The notes below the pieces were generated by a model, which saw only the letters and a list, made by a program, of their open reading frames with translations, was not told the origin of the DNA and did no database searches. A program made the translations under genes and the position numbers. 64,000 nt of DNA from Ginglymostoma cirratum (Eukaryota), in assembly GCA_024137785.1 (NCBI GenBank), contig JAHRHZ010000087.1, forward strand, positions 10,795,415-10,859,414, in the 5' to 3' direction. Positions 37,850 to 50,350 of this stretch are shown piece after piece. The stretch's first letter is position 1. The number at the start of each line of letters is the position of its first letter.

Positions 37850-39660
37850 TTGCACGTAAGCTTAAGTCTCTCACTCAGGTCATGGAAGCCCTGATGGTCA
37901 TAGAGACTGATTCTCTTAAATCCTTTTAAATGCTTGGGTGGGTGGGCTTTAGCAACACTGAAACAGAGGCACTTGTCCAATATACAATCTCTACCCATCC
38001 TTCCTTCAATTCTCTTCCCTTTCTAGCTGTGTAATTCACACAACAATATAATCTCAGCTCTAAATTTCGGAAACCTGCTACAACATCGGTGTCCATTTGA
38101 TAAACTTCCAAACAGAACACTGCTGTATCATGAAATGCCGAACAGAAAACAGATTGAGATCTGACCCCACTGCAACAAGCTTTCTACATTCACCTCGCTT
38201 CTTCACTGTTGATCCCTGTTTTAACCTCCGATCGTATCGGGCACTGCCCTGGAGCAACATTTCTGTAATCCTAGTAATTTGCTAAAGGACAGACTGCTGA
38301 GCAGCTGAGAGACCTTGTGAGCACTGCAATTCGAGTGCTGTGATGGTAGCTGTTTGAGTCTGCATGGCAACAAGCTTGGTCTCCATGACAACAGATAAGA
38401 TTTCATGACCCAGGCCTGAGCTTCCACTGCATTACTTGGATGTTCAGTGGATTTTGCCTGCGTCACGATGGAAACAGAGACATTGACCATCAGATACCAC
38501 TTTATGGTTTGGTCTTCAAATGCTTGCAAGGAGCTAGCCATCACTTTGGTGCCGGAAAGGATGGACACTCATTGTTTTATTCAAAGCTTGAGCCAAATTC
38601 CTTACTGCGGCTTGACAACACTGGCATGGCCTGTAAGAGGCCTTGGTGCAACAAGTCAATGCTGAAGATAAATGGGAGCAGTGGGGAAAATCCATGCCTA
38701 AAATCCCAAAAACACTTGGGGGAAATTCCTGGCATATTACACCAGTTTGTTTTATCAGCCTTCAAAATCTGGAGAGTACAACTCTCAATGCAAGAAGCCC
38801 TCATCTGTAGGAACAATGTAGGCACTTCAGAAACAATATATTCGGTGATATTAACATTTCCTCAAAAATTTCAGTTGACTCCTGTTGGGCTTCTTTCCAA
38901 GCATCAAGCCTGGTCTTGACTTAATTAACAATTGATGTAATAGTTCTTTCATGTTTGCTAAATTGGGTAAAAACTTCCCCAGTTGACTCACCATTCCCAT
39001 AAATCACTGAAGCTCTGAGATTTTGAGGAGGTGGAACTTCTGTAATCCACCCTCATTTTCTGAAGATGTGCTGTTATCCCTGATGTGCATACAATGTGCC
39101 CTCTGATTTTTAGTTGTTGATTGTGGGGCTTTTATTTGTTATTGACTGTAGGACCTCCTCTGTATTGGCATTGTATGCCTGCTCTCACTCCAGTATCATA
39201 CTCTGTTGTAATGAACCCATGAACTAGGATGCTAACCATTTGGCAAAGTGCTCACCCCAAACCTTCCCGGATATTTGTCACCTTGGGACAGCTTTGTACT
39301 TCACCTCCACACGTATGTGAAGCATGTCTCTGAGTAAACGAATAGGCAGGGCAGAATCTTAGAGGTCTGTGATGTGGGCGATGGCAAGATTTGTGGCAGA
39401 ATTGGATAGAAGCCTGGTGAGATTCATCTTGTTTTACTTTTCTGAAGAGGCATAGCAAAATTCTCACTGAGCAGCAGCGAGATGCCAGTCAATGTGAACG
39501 AATGCTTGTTAACACAAGAAACTCGCATCATTGACATTCAGCCACTGGCTTACCAAAATTCACTGAACAAGCTAGACATTGGGAAAATTCAACAAGGAAC
39601 CCAGATGGTGTACCTTGCAGTTTCAGCTTGCCACTTCCTCCAAATTGCCTCCATATTGAC
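37850..39660 (-). mobile_element. Gypsy LTR-retrotransposon pol relic (RT to RNase H to integrase), heavily decayed
   Basis: The minus strand at ~39040-38930 reads EVPPPQN..ELQ*FMGMVSQLGKFLPNLANMKELLHQL. Integrase-like VGSDL..FSVRHFMI..LEVYQM at ~38180-38080. Confidence 0.75.
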
Positions 39661-39754
39661 TGTGACCAAACCACAGCTCAGGGCATGATCAACTGGTATC
39701 AGTTGCACACAGACTTCCTCTATGGGCATTTGACCTTCAATTACCATTAGCCAG

Positions 39755-40355
39755 AAATGGAATGAGATTAGTTATGTAAGTAGTGGCCACAAGAGCGGGT
39801 CAGAGGGTAGGAATATCGCAGCGAGTAGCACCCACTGACACCCTAAAACCTGTCACCCATCTACAAGGCACAAGGCAGGAGTGAGATGGAATATGCCTGG
39901 ACGAATACAGTTCCAACAACACTCTGTTTGATACTATCCAAGACACAGCAGCTGCTTGATTGTCATAACATACACAAATATCCACTCTTTCCGCTACCGA
40001 GGCTCAACAGCAGCAGTGTGTACTATCTACAAGATGCTGTGCAGAAATTCACCAAGGCTCCTTGGACAGTATCTTCCAAACCCATGACCACTATGATTTT
40101 AAAAAAGACAAGGACAGCGGATATATAGGAAAACCATTGCCCGTAATTTCCCCTTCAAGCCATTTTCCATCCTGGCTTGGAAATCTATAACTGTTCCTTA
40201 ATGGAACTCCTTCCCTAATGACATTGTGGATATTCTTACAGCAAATGAACTACAGCTCAAGAAAGCTGCTCACTACCACCTTTTCCATGTTAACTAGGGG
40301 GCAAGCAATAAATGCTGGCTCAGCAGTCACATCTAAATCCTATGAGTGAATTTTT
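39755..40355 (+). mobile_element. LINE 3' fragment (CR1-group)
   Basis: YKAQGRSEMEYAW-like segment, cagcagcagtgtgtactatctacaagatgc, tail gcaataaatgctggc..atcctatgagtgaat. Confidence 0.8.
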
Positions 40356-40443
40356 AAAATGTCATGGAATTGCACTCTGTACCTGTACCTTGCAGAATCA
40401 TTGATTGTCCACCCCCTTTGCTTACGTCGCACTCGCCTCATAG

Positions 40444-40580
40444 GCCAAGGCCAGCAGCTGAACAGTCCTCTTTGGGTTCCTACTGAGCGAACCTGCGTTC
40501 AGAGACTTGATGGCTACTATTCCATGGATCATGTTTACTCTTTTCTCTACAACTACAACACACGACTAACCTTCTTCTCG
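40444..40580 (+). other. Candidate 137-nt exon (QGQQLNSPLWVPTERTCVQRLDGYYSMDHVYSFLYNYNTRLTFFS), gene unidentified
   Basis: Acceptor cgcctcatag, donor G|gtgggt, CpG-retaining, phase-compatible with 25640-25751. An open minus-strand frame ending at a gtaagc donor also exists, so the strand is uncertain. Confidence 0.3.
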
Positions 40581-43379
40581 GTGGGTAAAAACACAGGATG
40601 CCTTTTGAGTGCAGTATGCATGTGTGACCCACAACAGTACTGTTGTATGTCATCTAAGTACCCTATCGGATCATCATTTTACAATGAACGATGGGCACCT
40701 CTGGAAGAATTGTGTATGTTAACTTATTTACTTAAAATGTTTCAAAAAGCTCTTGATGATGATCAGGGGCAATGGGAACATGATGCTGATGGGAGACATA
40801 CTTGGTGATAGCAATTCATTGGGGAGCTATCCTGATATAGCTCTTCCCTATTTTCTCACTTTTTCAGCAGCAAGCCCACCAGAGGGTAGTCACAGGGGCA
40901 AGAGTATCAAAACGAAAAGGTGAGCCTAAAGCAGATATGAATAGGAACAGTAGAAGCATTACCAACACTGCCCCCATTTCATATATGACCTATTAGCATA
41001 TCCTTTACACTGTTAGCCCTTTTGTCATTTAGTTTCACAAGTCAGAGATCCCTTTTTGTTCTTTCCTGCCTTTCTTTGCATCTGTACTTAAAATATTGTA
41101 CATGTCCATGTTCTTTTTTTCCTCAGGAAAAGTCATCTATCTAAATCATTACCTTTTGTTTTCTATTCATATGCTGCCTGACCTGTTGCATATCACTTTG
41201 ATTTTGATTAAACACAAAGCTTAACTCAATGGAAATTAAAACACTTTATCATCGTTTGAGTGACTTTAACCTGCAAAGATGGCTTTGCTTGAAGATCACA
41301 AATATTGAAATCCTTTCAAATGTATACTGCAGCTCCACAATGTGACTTTTTTTAAGAAGATAGTGTAGCTTTAAACACTACAGTAAAGTTATTGCTCAGA
41401 AGCTACAGATTCATTTGTGGTATTAGGTGCTCCACATTTATTCAGTAACATTCATGTGGCTGCTTGTACTTAATCATAAACTTAGCTGTTCTGGAAACCC
41501 ACTAATTCTCTGTTTCACCTATCTGTGCAATTATCTTGCAGTTGTCAGAGGAAGGATGTATGCTTTAATATAGTTTGTTCTGTAACTATTCCCAGTAATT
41601 TACAGCCGCTTCCTGTTGCAGCTCTCGTTTATCATTCTGATAGGTCCCAGTGCAACTTGTGTCTGAAATATTGCTGTATGCAAACCATGAGAAATTAATC
41701 ATGCTACACCCTGGACCCGGTAAATAAACATAGACTCAATTTTTAACTCCTGAGAACCAGTCATTTCCTCCAGCCTGGCAGAAAGTAGGTGAACGATCAA
41801 TTAAAATGAGGCAGACATTTACCCGCTTTGATTCTACCATGCCCTGATCTTGTCTTGTTCTTTGATCAAACAAGAGACCCTCAAGAAGCCTCAGGATCTA
41901 GAGCAAGCCTGAAGATGTCACCAGTGCCTGGCTGTCAGTTTTAGTCAAAGGGCTGAAGAGCAGGGTAGTGATGGTCTCCTCTTCAGGTCAGACCTGGTGG
42001 AAGCTGATCTGTGGACAGTAGAGGACCATGTACTGAAATGATAAGATTTTAGGCCTCTTTCCAGCCACACCTCATTCATGCCACCCCACCCCCATTGCCA
42101 GTACCAACCAAGTTTGGGAAGTCAGTGAAACATTTGTGACATTGAGGCTTGGTTAATGAGATCAGCTGGAAGAAAAGGAAATGCTTGCTAGCTCATTTTC
42201 TTGAAAATTAACTTGCTTCGTACGTCTTTGTTTTCTCAGTTTGTTTTGTAGCTTTAGGCTAATGGCTTGACTCTTGTGTAGCTTGTGTTATTTTGTTAGG
42301 ATCAGTGATGAATTCACTGTGGAAGCTGCCTACTGATACCTTGAGGGTTTGAGGATGCTGAAACGAATATGAACAATCAGCCGTTTGTTAGCAAAGCAAT
42401 CTGTATTGTCTGGGCAGGAATTAACTATGGAATGGTTCTGGTGTTCAAAGGAGCTATTAATGTTGTGCAATGATCCCTAAAAGATACAAACTGAGCAAAT
42501 TGATTAAAATTCAAACTTTTTTTTTGCTGCTGCCGCAACTGTTCTTAAAAGGAATGGCATTTATAAAGCTTTGATATGTCTAGCACTGTACCATTGAGAC
42601 TTGTGTGTCATCCATGATTGATTTTTAAAGTTATGCACCCTCATTGACTGCATTTCACTGATCTGTGGCTGCGTTACTGAATTAAACTGTGCAGCAACAG
42701 AGCACTACCCTTGAAAACTGATAGGGTCAGTCCCAAACCCAAAGTATAGTGACGTCCTGGAGAAAGAGACAATATAAGAAGCTGAAAATGACTACAATTG
42801 AAACACAAAAATACTATGCAGTTCAAGAGAATACACGTGTGATACAAACTGAAATGCTAATGCATAGGGCTGAAATGTCCCAGAATTTGGCTTAGTGTCA
42901 GTTTTGGGCAATTGTGCGGAGGGTTTCTCTCTGTTTGCTGTAGTGACGTTTTTCATACAATTCTCTGCTGCTCACCTCATTAAGTATGCACAGTGCCTCC
43001 TGCTCATTTTGCACTTAGTAGCAGCGGAAGTGTTTGCCATTGTACAGGCTTTGTGACGTTCGTGCTGCAGGTGCTATATTTCAATCCCAGCTGGGTACCA
43101 TGTCAAATGCTGCCAGCCTTGTCTGAAGTCACCAGCCGCATCAGCGTCGCGTCACGTCCAGTCTGAAGGAATGTGCAGCAATGCCTCAAACTCGACCACC
43201 TGTGCTCTGCAAGGGAAAGTGCCACCATTTTCTTCTACCTCTCACTCGCTCTAACTCTGCTATTACATCCTAAAGGTCCAACACACTCTGGATATTGCAT
43301 GCACCATCTTCCCTCAATGTGTCTTGCTCACCTCCCCACCAACCCTCTGCTCTGTGATGCTTCCTACTCGCTCACTCGA

Positions 43380-43555
43380 CGGTTTCCTCCCACAGTCCAA
43401 AGTTGTGCAGGTTAGGTGGATTAGCCATGGGAAATGTAGGTTTACAGGGATAGAGTGGGGCGGGCAGTGGTGTGTCCAGGTGGGATGCTCTTTGGAGATT
43501 CGGTGTGGACTTGTTGGCCTGAATGGCCTGTTTCCATGCTGTAGGGATTCTATGG
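43380..43555 (+). mobile_element. HE1-type SINE, 5'-truncated
   Basis: ggtttcctcccacagtccaaagttgtgcaggttaggtggattagccatg..gaatggcctgtttccatgctgtagggattctatg. Confidence 0.85.
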
Positions 43556-43801
43556 ACACCTCACCAGCCTGGCTGGCTGACAGTGGACAAAACCCCAGAC
43601 TGACGTGATTCCCCTTGACTGGATTGAGAACTGCTCTTCAGATCTGAGACATGGCCATTTAGTTGAAGCACGTGTTGTGTTTGCTGTGTAAGCTGTTGCC
43701 AGATGCTATACATGTGACTGTGACATAGAACATTAGTGTACAGCAGCATGTCCAACTCCTTGACTTGTCATTGCTGATAAATATGACAGTTTACCTGGTT
43801 A

Positions 43802-43912
43802 AGATAGTAAGAACTGCAGATGCTGGAGTCAGAGATCAGTGTGGAGCTGGAGGAACACAGCAGGTCAGGCAGCATCAGAAGAGCAGGCAAGCTGGCTTTT
43901 CGGGTTGGGACC
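43802..43912 (-). mobile_element. Penelope-like terminal repeat, single arm truncated in hammerhead helix II
   Basis: agatagtaagaactgcagatgctggagtcagag..cgggttgggacc; 11-bp TSD ttacctggtta (43791-43801) / ttacctggcta (43913-43923). Confidence 0.8.
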
Positions 43913-46439
43913 TTACCTGGCTACCTGTCAATGCTGCAAGACCTGGCTAAGTTGTGAGCATCTAAGTAAGCACAAAGTGGTTGAACACTAAGAAAGCAAA
44001 GTAAGAGTGCTAAGATGCGCCCTGTCTGAAACATGAAATGAGTGCCTGTCGTTGCATGCAAAGCAACCTGGTAGTAGCATTGCAGTGTGAAGGGTCGATG
44101 AATTATTGCAGTTTGAACTCACCTGGTACAAGATTTTTGGCATAAATACAAATATGCTTAGTACTGCATTTTTCAATCATGGATTATGCTGTGGAAACTG
44201 TAGGGATGTTTTTCTCATTAAAACTTTAAGTCCTAAAAAGCTTCCAAGTTGACAAAGGAATTGAGGCTTGTTCTAGAAATGCCATCTAGAGGATTGATAA
44301 GTAACTGAGTGGTAGTAGGCAGTTTATGTAGCATTTAAGAGACTGCATGATATTTAGAGGCTACTACTTGATCTAATCAAACCTTTTTTAATAATTAGTA
44401 GTTGGTTTTTCAGCAAATTATTCATTGCAGTGATTTTGGGCATCGCTGACTATTCACCTTGCTGCTGGAGGTTTGAAGAGAACTTTGTCCCAAAATGTTT
44501 GTTTGAAATATCAAGATTTCACCAAAATGCTCTCCATACTTATTCTAGAATTTCTTTTGAGGGCTCCACTGAAAAGAGGTGAACGTAGTGTTTCTCTGCC
44601 TCGCTTGGTAGCTGGTAAAAATTGACAGGAGAAAGGGAGTGCTTGAACATCAGTGACTTGATGGTGATTGCCTTACTCCTCAGGAGGAAAGAAAGGAGAA
44701 TAGCAGGACAGGCAGTGAAGCACCGGCTCCAAGGAAGAGAGGAATATGAGTGCAGTTTGGAAAACTTTTCTCTGTGTACAATGACACCTCTAAGAACTTT
44801 TCATTCTGTTTCTGAGTCATCCTTGAATATGCCGTACAGTGCCTGCCAGCCATCCCATCTCTCACCACGGTGGGTGGGTGAGGCCCACATGCACAGCTCT
44901 GTGAATTCACAACCAGTCAATGATTGTGCTCTAAACCTGCAGATTGTCGCTTAACCTAATGCAGACAAGTTCAAATAATGGAAGTGGACAAATTATTATA
45001 TAGAAAACAGACTGAAAATTATGGGCTACAAGCTGACATTCATGTTGTGCCTGTTTTTAACCTTTCACAATAACCCCTTAAACCTAATTTAAGACCATTT
45101 TTGATTTACAGCAACATTCATCAATTACATTCCTGCTGCAGGTACCTGGAAATATAAAAATACAAATGTATCACAAACATGATTGTTACCTGTTGCCATT
45201 ATTACCTTTTGGTAGTAACTGCTAACAGAACTGACAATACTTCTCATGAGTAATTAAATGGTACTCCACATGAGTCCCATAAGTAAAGTAGTATAATATA
45301 ATCATTATAGTTGTTCCAATGATGGTAGACATAAAGCCATCGTTTAACCAGTCCTATATCCGTTGACATAAAACATTAAAGAAATTGTCCCTTGTTTGCT
45401 AGTAGTCTTGTTATGGTTCCTTTGCTGACAGGATTAACTCTTTCCCCTGAGCTCATGTCAGCCGGCTACCATCAATACTAGAACTGCATGCAAGTGTACA
45501 TCTTTTGGGATTAGTATGTTACTCTTGGGACGAAACTGGCAATAACAGAACTACTGGTGGAAAAATGAAATGCAAATTAATATCACCAGCGTGAACATCT
45601 CCACAGACCTAGGGAAACTGTGGAAATAAAATGTCACCTTTTATGTTGGGCTGAGGGATGTTTTTGAAGTTGGGTTACTGGTCTCCATGAAACGTCATTC
45701 CAATCGTATTGTTTTAGTATAGCTGCTAAACGGTGAAGTTGTAAGGGGGAGAAAAGATCTAATTGCCAGATACAGTTCTTCAAAAATATCTCCCATAAAT
45801 TGATTGTTTCAACTACCATAAACCAGTGGGCTAGAATTTATAGCTACAGGTCAGGCGGATCACCTCCCATCCTCCCATATGAACATAGATTATGTTGTGA
45901 TGATGTCGGGTTTGTGATGGGATATAATCATGCTGGTCTCATCTTTACAGGAAATGAGCAGGGACCAAAATTCAGAAGTCTGCCTGCCATTTTTAAATTG
46001 CCACCGCTTCATAAAGTACCACTTGAATGCAATTTTTGCTGCTGTATTTTTGTTTGAGCAGGATATGCTTGGGAGTGCTTCACAGCAGGTCCGATGAAGC
46101 AGTACACAGCAGAAGAGGAGACCTGCCAGAGAGAGCGTGGTGTTTTGCATAATCAGAATCTGCTGGTGAAAACAGCTGTGTGTGGATAATTTTTAAGTTT
46201 GTTATTTTTGTTTGACTTTGTGTAGCCTTCAGTTTTTAAAAAAAAGAGTAATACAGACAGCAGGGGCTCTCTTAAATTTATAACTGTGACCAGTTTCCTG
46301 TTAGTGGCATAACTTGCATTGATGTCCTGGTTAGACATGTATTTCCTCACTCTGTATCATCAATCAGCTACTTTCCAGCCAGATGCTGCTATTTGGCAAG
46401 ATCCGATGAAAAGTATTGAGAAGAATATCCATCCTTTTG

Positions 46440-46573
46440 TAAGGAAGGGTCACAGGACCCAAAACATTAACTCTGTTTTTTTTCCCCTCACAGATGCTGC
46501 CAGACCTGCTGAGTTTTTCCAGCAACTTTGTCCTTGTTTCTGATTTACAGCATTCGCAGTTCTTTTGGCTTTT
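46440..46573 (+). mobile_element. Second Penelope-like terminal repeat subfamily, degenerate hammerhead
   Basis: ggaagggtcacaggacccaaaacattaactct..cagatgctgccagacctgctgagtttttccagc..gcagttcttttgg; flanks tatccatccttt / tatccattcttt resemble a TSD. Confidence 0.65.
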
Positions 46574-46727
46574 ATCCATTCTTTTTTGTTGTTTGAGAGA
46601 AAGGTATTAGCTAAGAAACATGGAGAACGCTGCCTGATTTGAAATACTACCATGATGTCTTCAACATCCACAGAGTTATCTGATTGGAAGGAAGCAATTA
46701 GACATACAATAAAGTGTCAGAACTAAG

Positions 46728-46900
46728 CATAAGAACCTAAGAAATAAGGGCAGGATTAGACCGTGTCCTGCTTGTGTATGCTGCGCAATCTAATATGATC
46801 ATGACTAATCTGCTATCTTGACTTCACTTTCCCACCTGTTCTCATATGCTTTGATTCCCTGAGAGATCAAACATTTATCAATACAAGCTTTGAATGTATT
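46728..46900 (-). mobile_element. CR1 3' tail fragment
   Basis: cataagaacctaagaaataagggcaggattagacc..aatatgatcatgactaatct. Confidence 0.55.
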
Positions 46901-47819
46901 TTGTCACAACTGTATGATTTATAATGTTTAAAAATTTTGAAAGCAAAGCACATCTGCCTGCTAAAATGAACCCAGAATCCTGCAGAATGGCTCCTGTAAA
47001 TTACATGATAATCTTTGTAATTCACTTAAACTAGAGAGAATAGACAGGCTGATGTGCTGTGTCAACATGAACAAACTGAGATGGTTAGACTTCAATTAAC
47101 CCTTAGAGAATACAAATGGATCCATTTTAAAGGTGAGAGAGAAAGCAGGAAACCAGAAGATTCATAGAGGAATTCAGTAAAATTAAAATTGTTTTGTAGA
47201 AAAATGATTGATCAAGTTTAACATAGCCACTTTAAAGTTTTATCCGTATGAACTCGGCGACATCATTTTAATCAGAACTCCCTCAGAAGGATGCCAACAG
47301 AAACTATCAGAGGGACAGTTCTCAGCCTAAGGACGCAAAAGGGAAAAGGCAACCCAGCTTTAGGGACTGCTGCAGAGAACCAGGCTACCAAGGAGTACAA
47401 CCTGCAGTGCCATCAAAGCAAATAAGGAGGCTTGGTTCCCTCCCAAAATCTGTTCTATTCAGTCTCTCTGTGGAGACCTCTGACTATTCAACTACAGAAG
47501 CCATCGACTGCTGCTGATATTCAGTCTTCACGTTTTCAATATGTTCACTTCAGAAAGAGAACCTTAAGTAACAGGCCTACAGCAATATCAGAATTTTAAC
47601 TTTCAAAAGTATCTTTTCGTTCGTACCTACTTTCAACCATCGAATCTGTGTTTTAGCTAGCAACTATGGCTTTTTTAACTTAGTAACTTTCAACAATTTT
47701 TAACATCAGACTAACTCTTAATCTTATTTAAGATAAAGCTTTGCTTCTGTTTTTTTTAAAATTGGAGTATCATAAAAAGGTGGCTGGATGATCTATACAA
47801 ACTTACACTGTGGGCCCAC

Positions 47820-49415
47820 ATGGAAAGAAAGTCTGCAGTTGTTACCTGGACTGAGCTACATATGACAAGACCCACACCAATATGGTTGACTCCCGTGCCC
47901 TCTGAAATGGCCTAAAAAGTCACCATGTTTTGTCAGCTACTACAAAATCCAAAGGAATACAACTGGACCAAGGACCTGATATGACTAAGGCACTGGAAAC
48001 AACAATGGAAAATGGAGTCTAGTGCCAACGTTGGGAGAGCTATCTCCCCAGACTAGTCAAGCAACTGCCTAATGGTCATACTTGTGGAATCATGCTTTAT
48101 ACACGCTGACACCATCACCATCCCTGTCCCACCAGCAGGACAGACAGCAGACGGTGATACAGCTGCATACAGATGGCCCTTGGAGTGTTCAACATTGACT
48201 CCAGACCACATGAAGTCTCTAGGCTTCATGTAAATGTCAGTAAGGAAACTTCCTGATTACCATGTTCCCTGCCCCAGCTGACACATCACATTGGTACTCC
48301 TCCATGTTGAACAACAATTTGAGGAAGCAGTGAGGGTGCTAAGAGAACAGGTGGATGGAGGTTGTCAACATCTGTCTCCAGAAATCGCTCAGCAGCATCA
48401 CTACTGACTGAGCTGGTCTCACTCTAAACAGCATTGCTATGAGACTGGGTCTGTCGCAAAGGCTGAGGGAACCAACAAGATGGAAAAACATACTTTAACA
48501 CAAAATGCAACTTCTGACTCAGCATATCTCTCACTCTACCATTCTCATCAGGCTAGGTGATCAATGCTGCTTCAATGAATGCAGGAGTGCATGCCGGAAG
48601 CAGTACCAGGCATGCCTAAAAAAACTACATGCTGAAACTAAACTGTAATGCTACTTGTGTGCTAAACAGCATAAGTAGCAAGTATTAACCAGCATGAATT
48701 AGAACAGCCAACAGATCAGATCTAAGCTCTACAGTCCAGGTGGTAGACAATTCAACCGTTCACTGGAAAAGGAGACTCCATAATCGACTCCATAATCGAC
48801 TCCATAATCGACTCCATAATCGACTCCATCTCCAATGATGAGGGAGCCAGCAGGTCAGTGGAAGAGACGGCAAAAGCATTTGCAGAAATCTTCAGCCATA
48901 AGTGTCAAGTGAATGATGTGCCTCTGTCTCCCTTTAGAGGTCCCCAGCAGTCAGATGCCAATTTCAGCTAATTTAACTCATCCCATACGTTAAGAAGAAA
49001 TGGTTGGAGGTACTGGGTACTGAAAAGGTTATGGGCCTGTACAACATTCCAGCAATAGTACTGAAGACCTGTGTTCTAGGACCTACTGCACACGTAGCCA
49101 AGTTATTCCTGTAAATGTACAACAACACTGGCATCTTCCTGATGATGTGAAAATTGCCCAGGTAAGTCCTGTATACAAATAGCAGGCCAAATCCAATCCA
49201 GTCAATTACTCTCCCATCAGTCTACATGCTAACAGAAGTAAAGTGACGGAAGAGGCTATAAGGCTGAACTTCCTCAGTAATAACTTTCTCACTGATGTCC
49301 AGTTTGGGTTCTGCCAGTGTCACTTAGTTCCTGACATCCTGGTAGCCTTGGTTCAAACATGGACAAAATGCCAATTTCCAGAGGTGGGGGGAAAGTGATT
49401 GCCCTTGACATCATG
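47820..49415 (+). mobile_element. Decayed LINE (CR1-group) endonuclease-to-RT region
   Basis: K.MG.YNIPAIVLKTC, KIAQVSPVYK*QAKSNPVNYSPISL, QFGF, VIALDI motifs. Confidence 0.8.
48774..48829. repeat. Perfect 12-bp tandem repeat (gactccataatc) x4.7
   Basis: Directly visible, no mismatches. Confidence 0.95.
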
Positions 49416-49984
49416 AATCAATTATAGAAAAAAAATGTTATTTGACTTAGTTTCTACGAGCAAATGGTATTTGCTTCAAAATCACAGCATGAACACTGAT
49501 GAAGAAGGTCAGATGCTCGTTTCGGCTGACATAGAGTCAATGTGACACAGGAGGAGGTCTTTCAGCTCACCGTGCTCATTCCTGTTCTCTGGAGCAACCC
49601 CTTTAGCGCTATTCCTCACTAGTTCCATTGCAGCCTTTTAATTTTTGCATAAAATATGTACTTAAAAAAAACCTGTAGTCCCTTTAAAGTGTCTGACTAT
49701 ATCTAGATTGTTCACCTCTAATTTAGAAAGCCTGTTGATATGTTAATCAAATTTCACAAAGAATAATTGTTTGACATTATTCATGAGTTTGATTTCTTTT
49801 CTGAAGTAAGTCTTTTCCCTTTGTCCCTCTTTTTAGTTTAGTTTAAAGTAGTATTCTATATTTACGTTCACTATATAATTTAATGTTTTATAGCTCCATA
49901 ATGTCACCTCTCTTTGAAGACAAAGAAGCTGGATGCACCCACAATTCTTCCACATGTAATGATCCTTTGATTTTTGTTATTATT

Positions 49985-50350
49985 TTGCTCAAAGGATGTG
50001 GGCATCGCTCATTGGACACACATTTATTGTCCATCCCTAATTGACCATGTCAATTCCTTTGGATTGGAATGGATGGACGTGGATCATATAGTTGTTATGC
50101 AGTGAGTTCTGAGATTTTTGACTGTCAGTGAAGGGACAGTGATCAGTCCAACTCCAGGATTTTGCGTGACTTTGGAGGTGTTCGGTGTTCCCATGCATCT
50201 GCTCCCCTTGTCGTCCTCCTTAGTTGGTCGTAGGTTGCTGTTGAAGAAGCCATGGTGATTTGCTGTATTGCTCCTTTATGGATGGTGCACACTATTGCCA
50301 CTGTTTGACAGTGATAGAGGAATAAATGTTGATTGTCCTGATCAGTCCTG
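49985..50350 (-). mobile_element. LINE 3' fragment (same family as 36300)
   Basis: ggatgtgggcatcgct..catttattgtccatccctaattg; gtgttcccatgcatctgctccccttgtc. Confidence 0.7.

Noticed and set aside
40359-40808. 149-aa ORF as a Harbinger transposase (GYYSM, VCMCD, KYP.GSS)
   Set aside because: Motif spacing does not fit, and the DGTH and HD motifs are absent. Kept only as a weak exon candidate.
46900-47800. Possible solo LTR (also 35600-36290)
   Set aside because: No clear TG..CA ends, TSD, primer-binding site or second copy in the window.
48774-48829. CRISPR-like regular repeat
   Set aside because: Head-to-tail units with no spacers, in a eukaryotic context.
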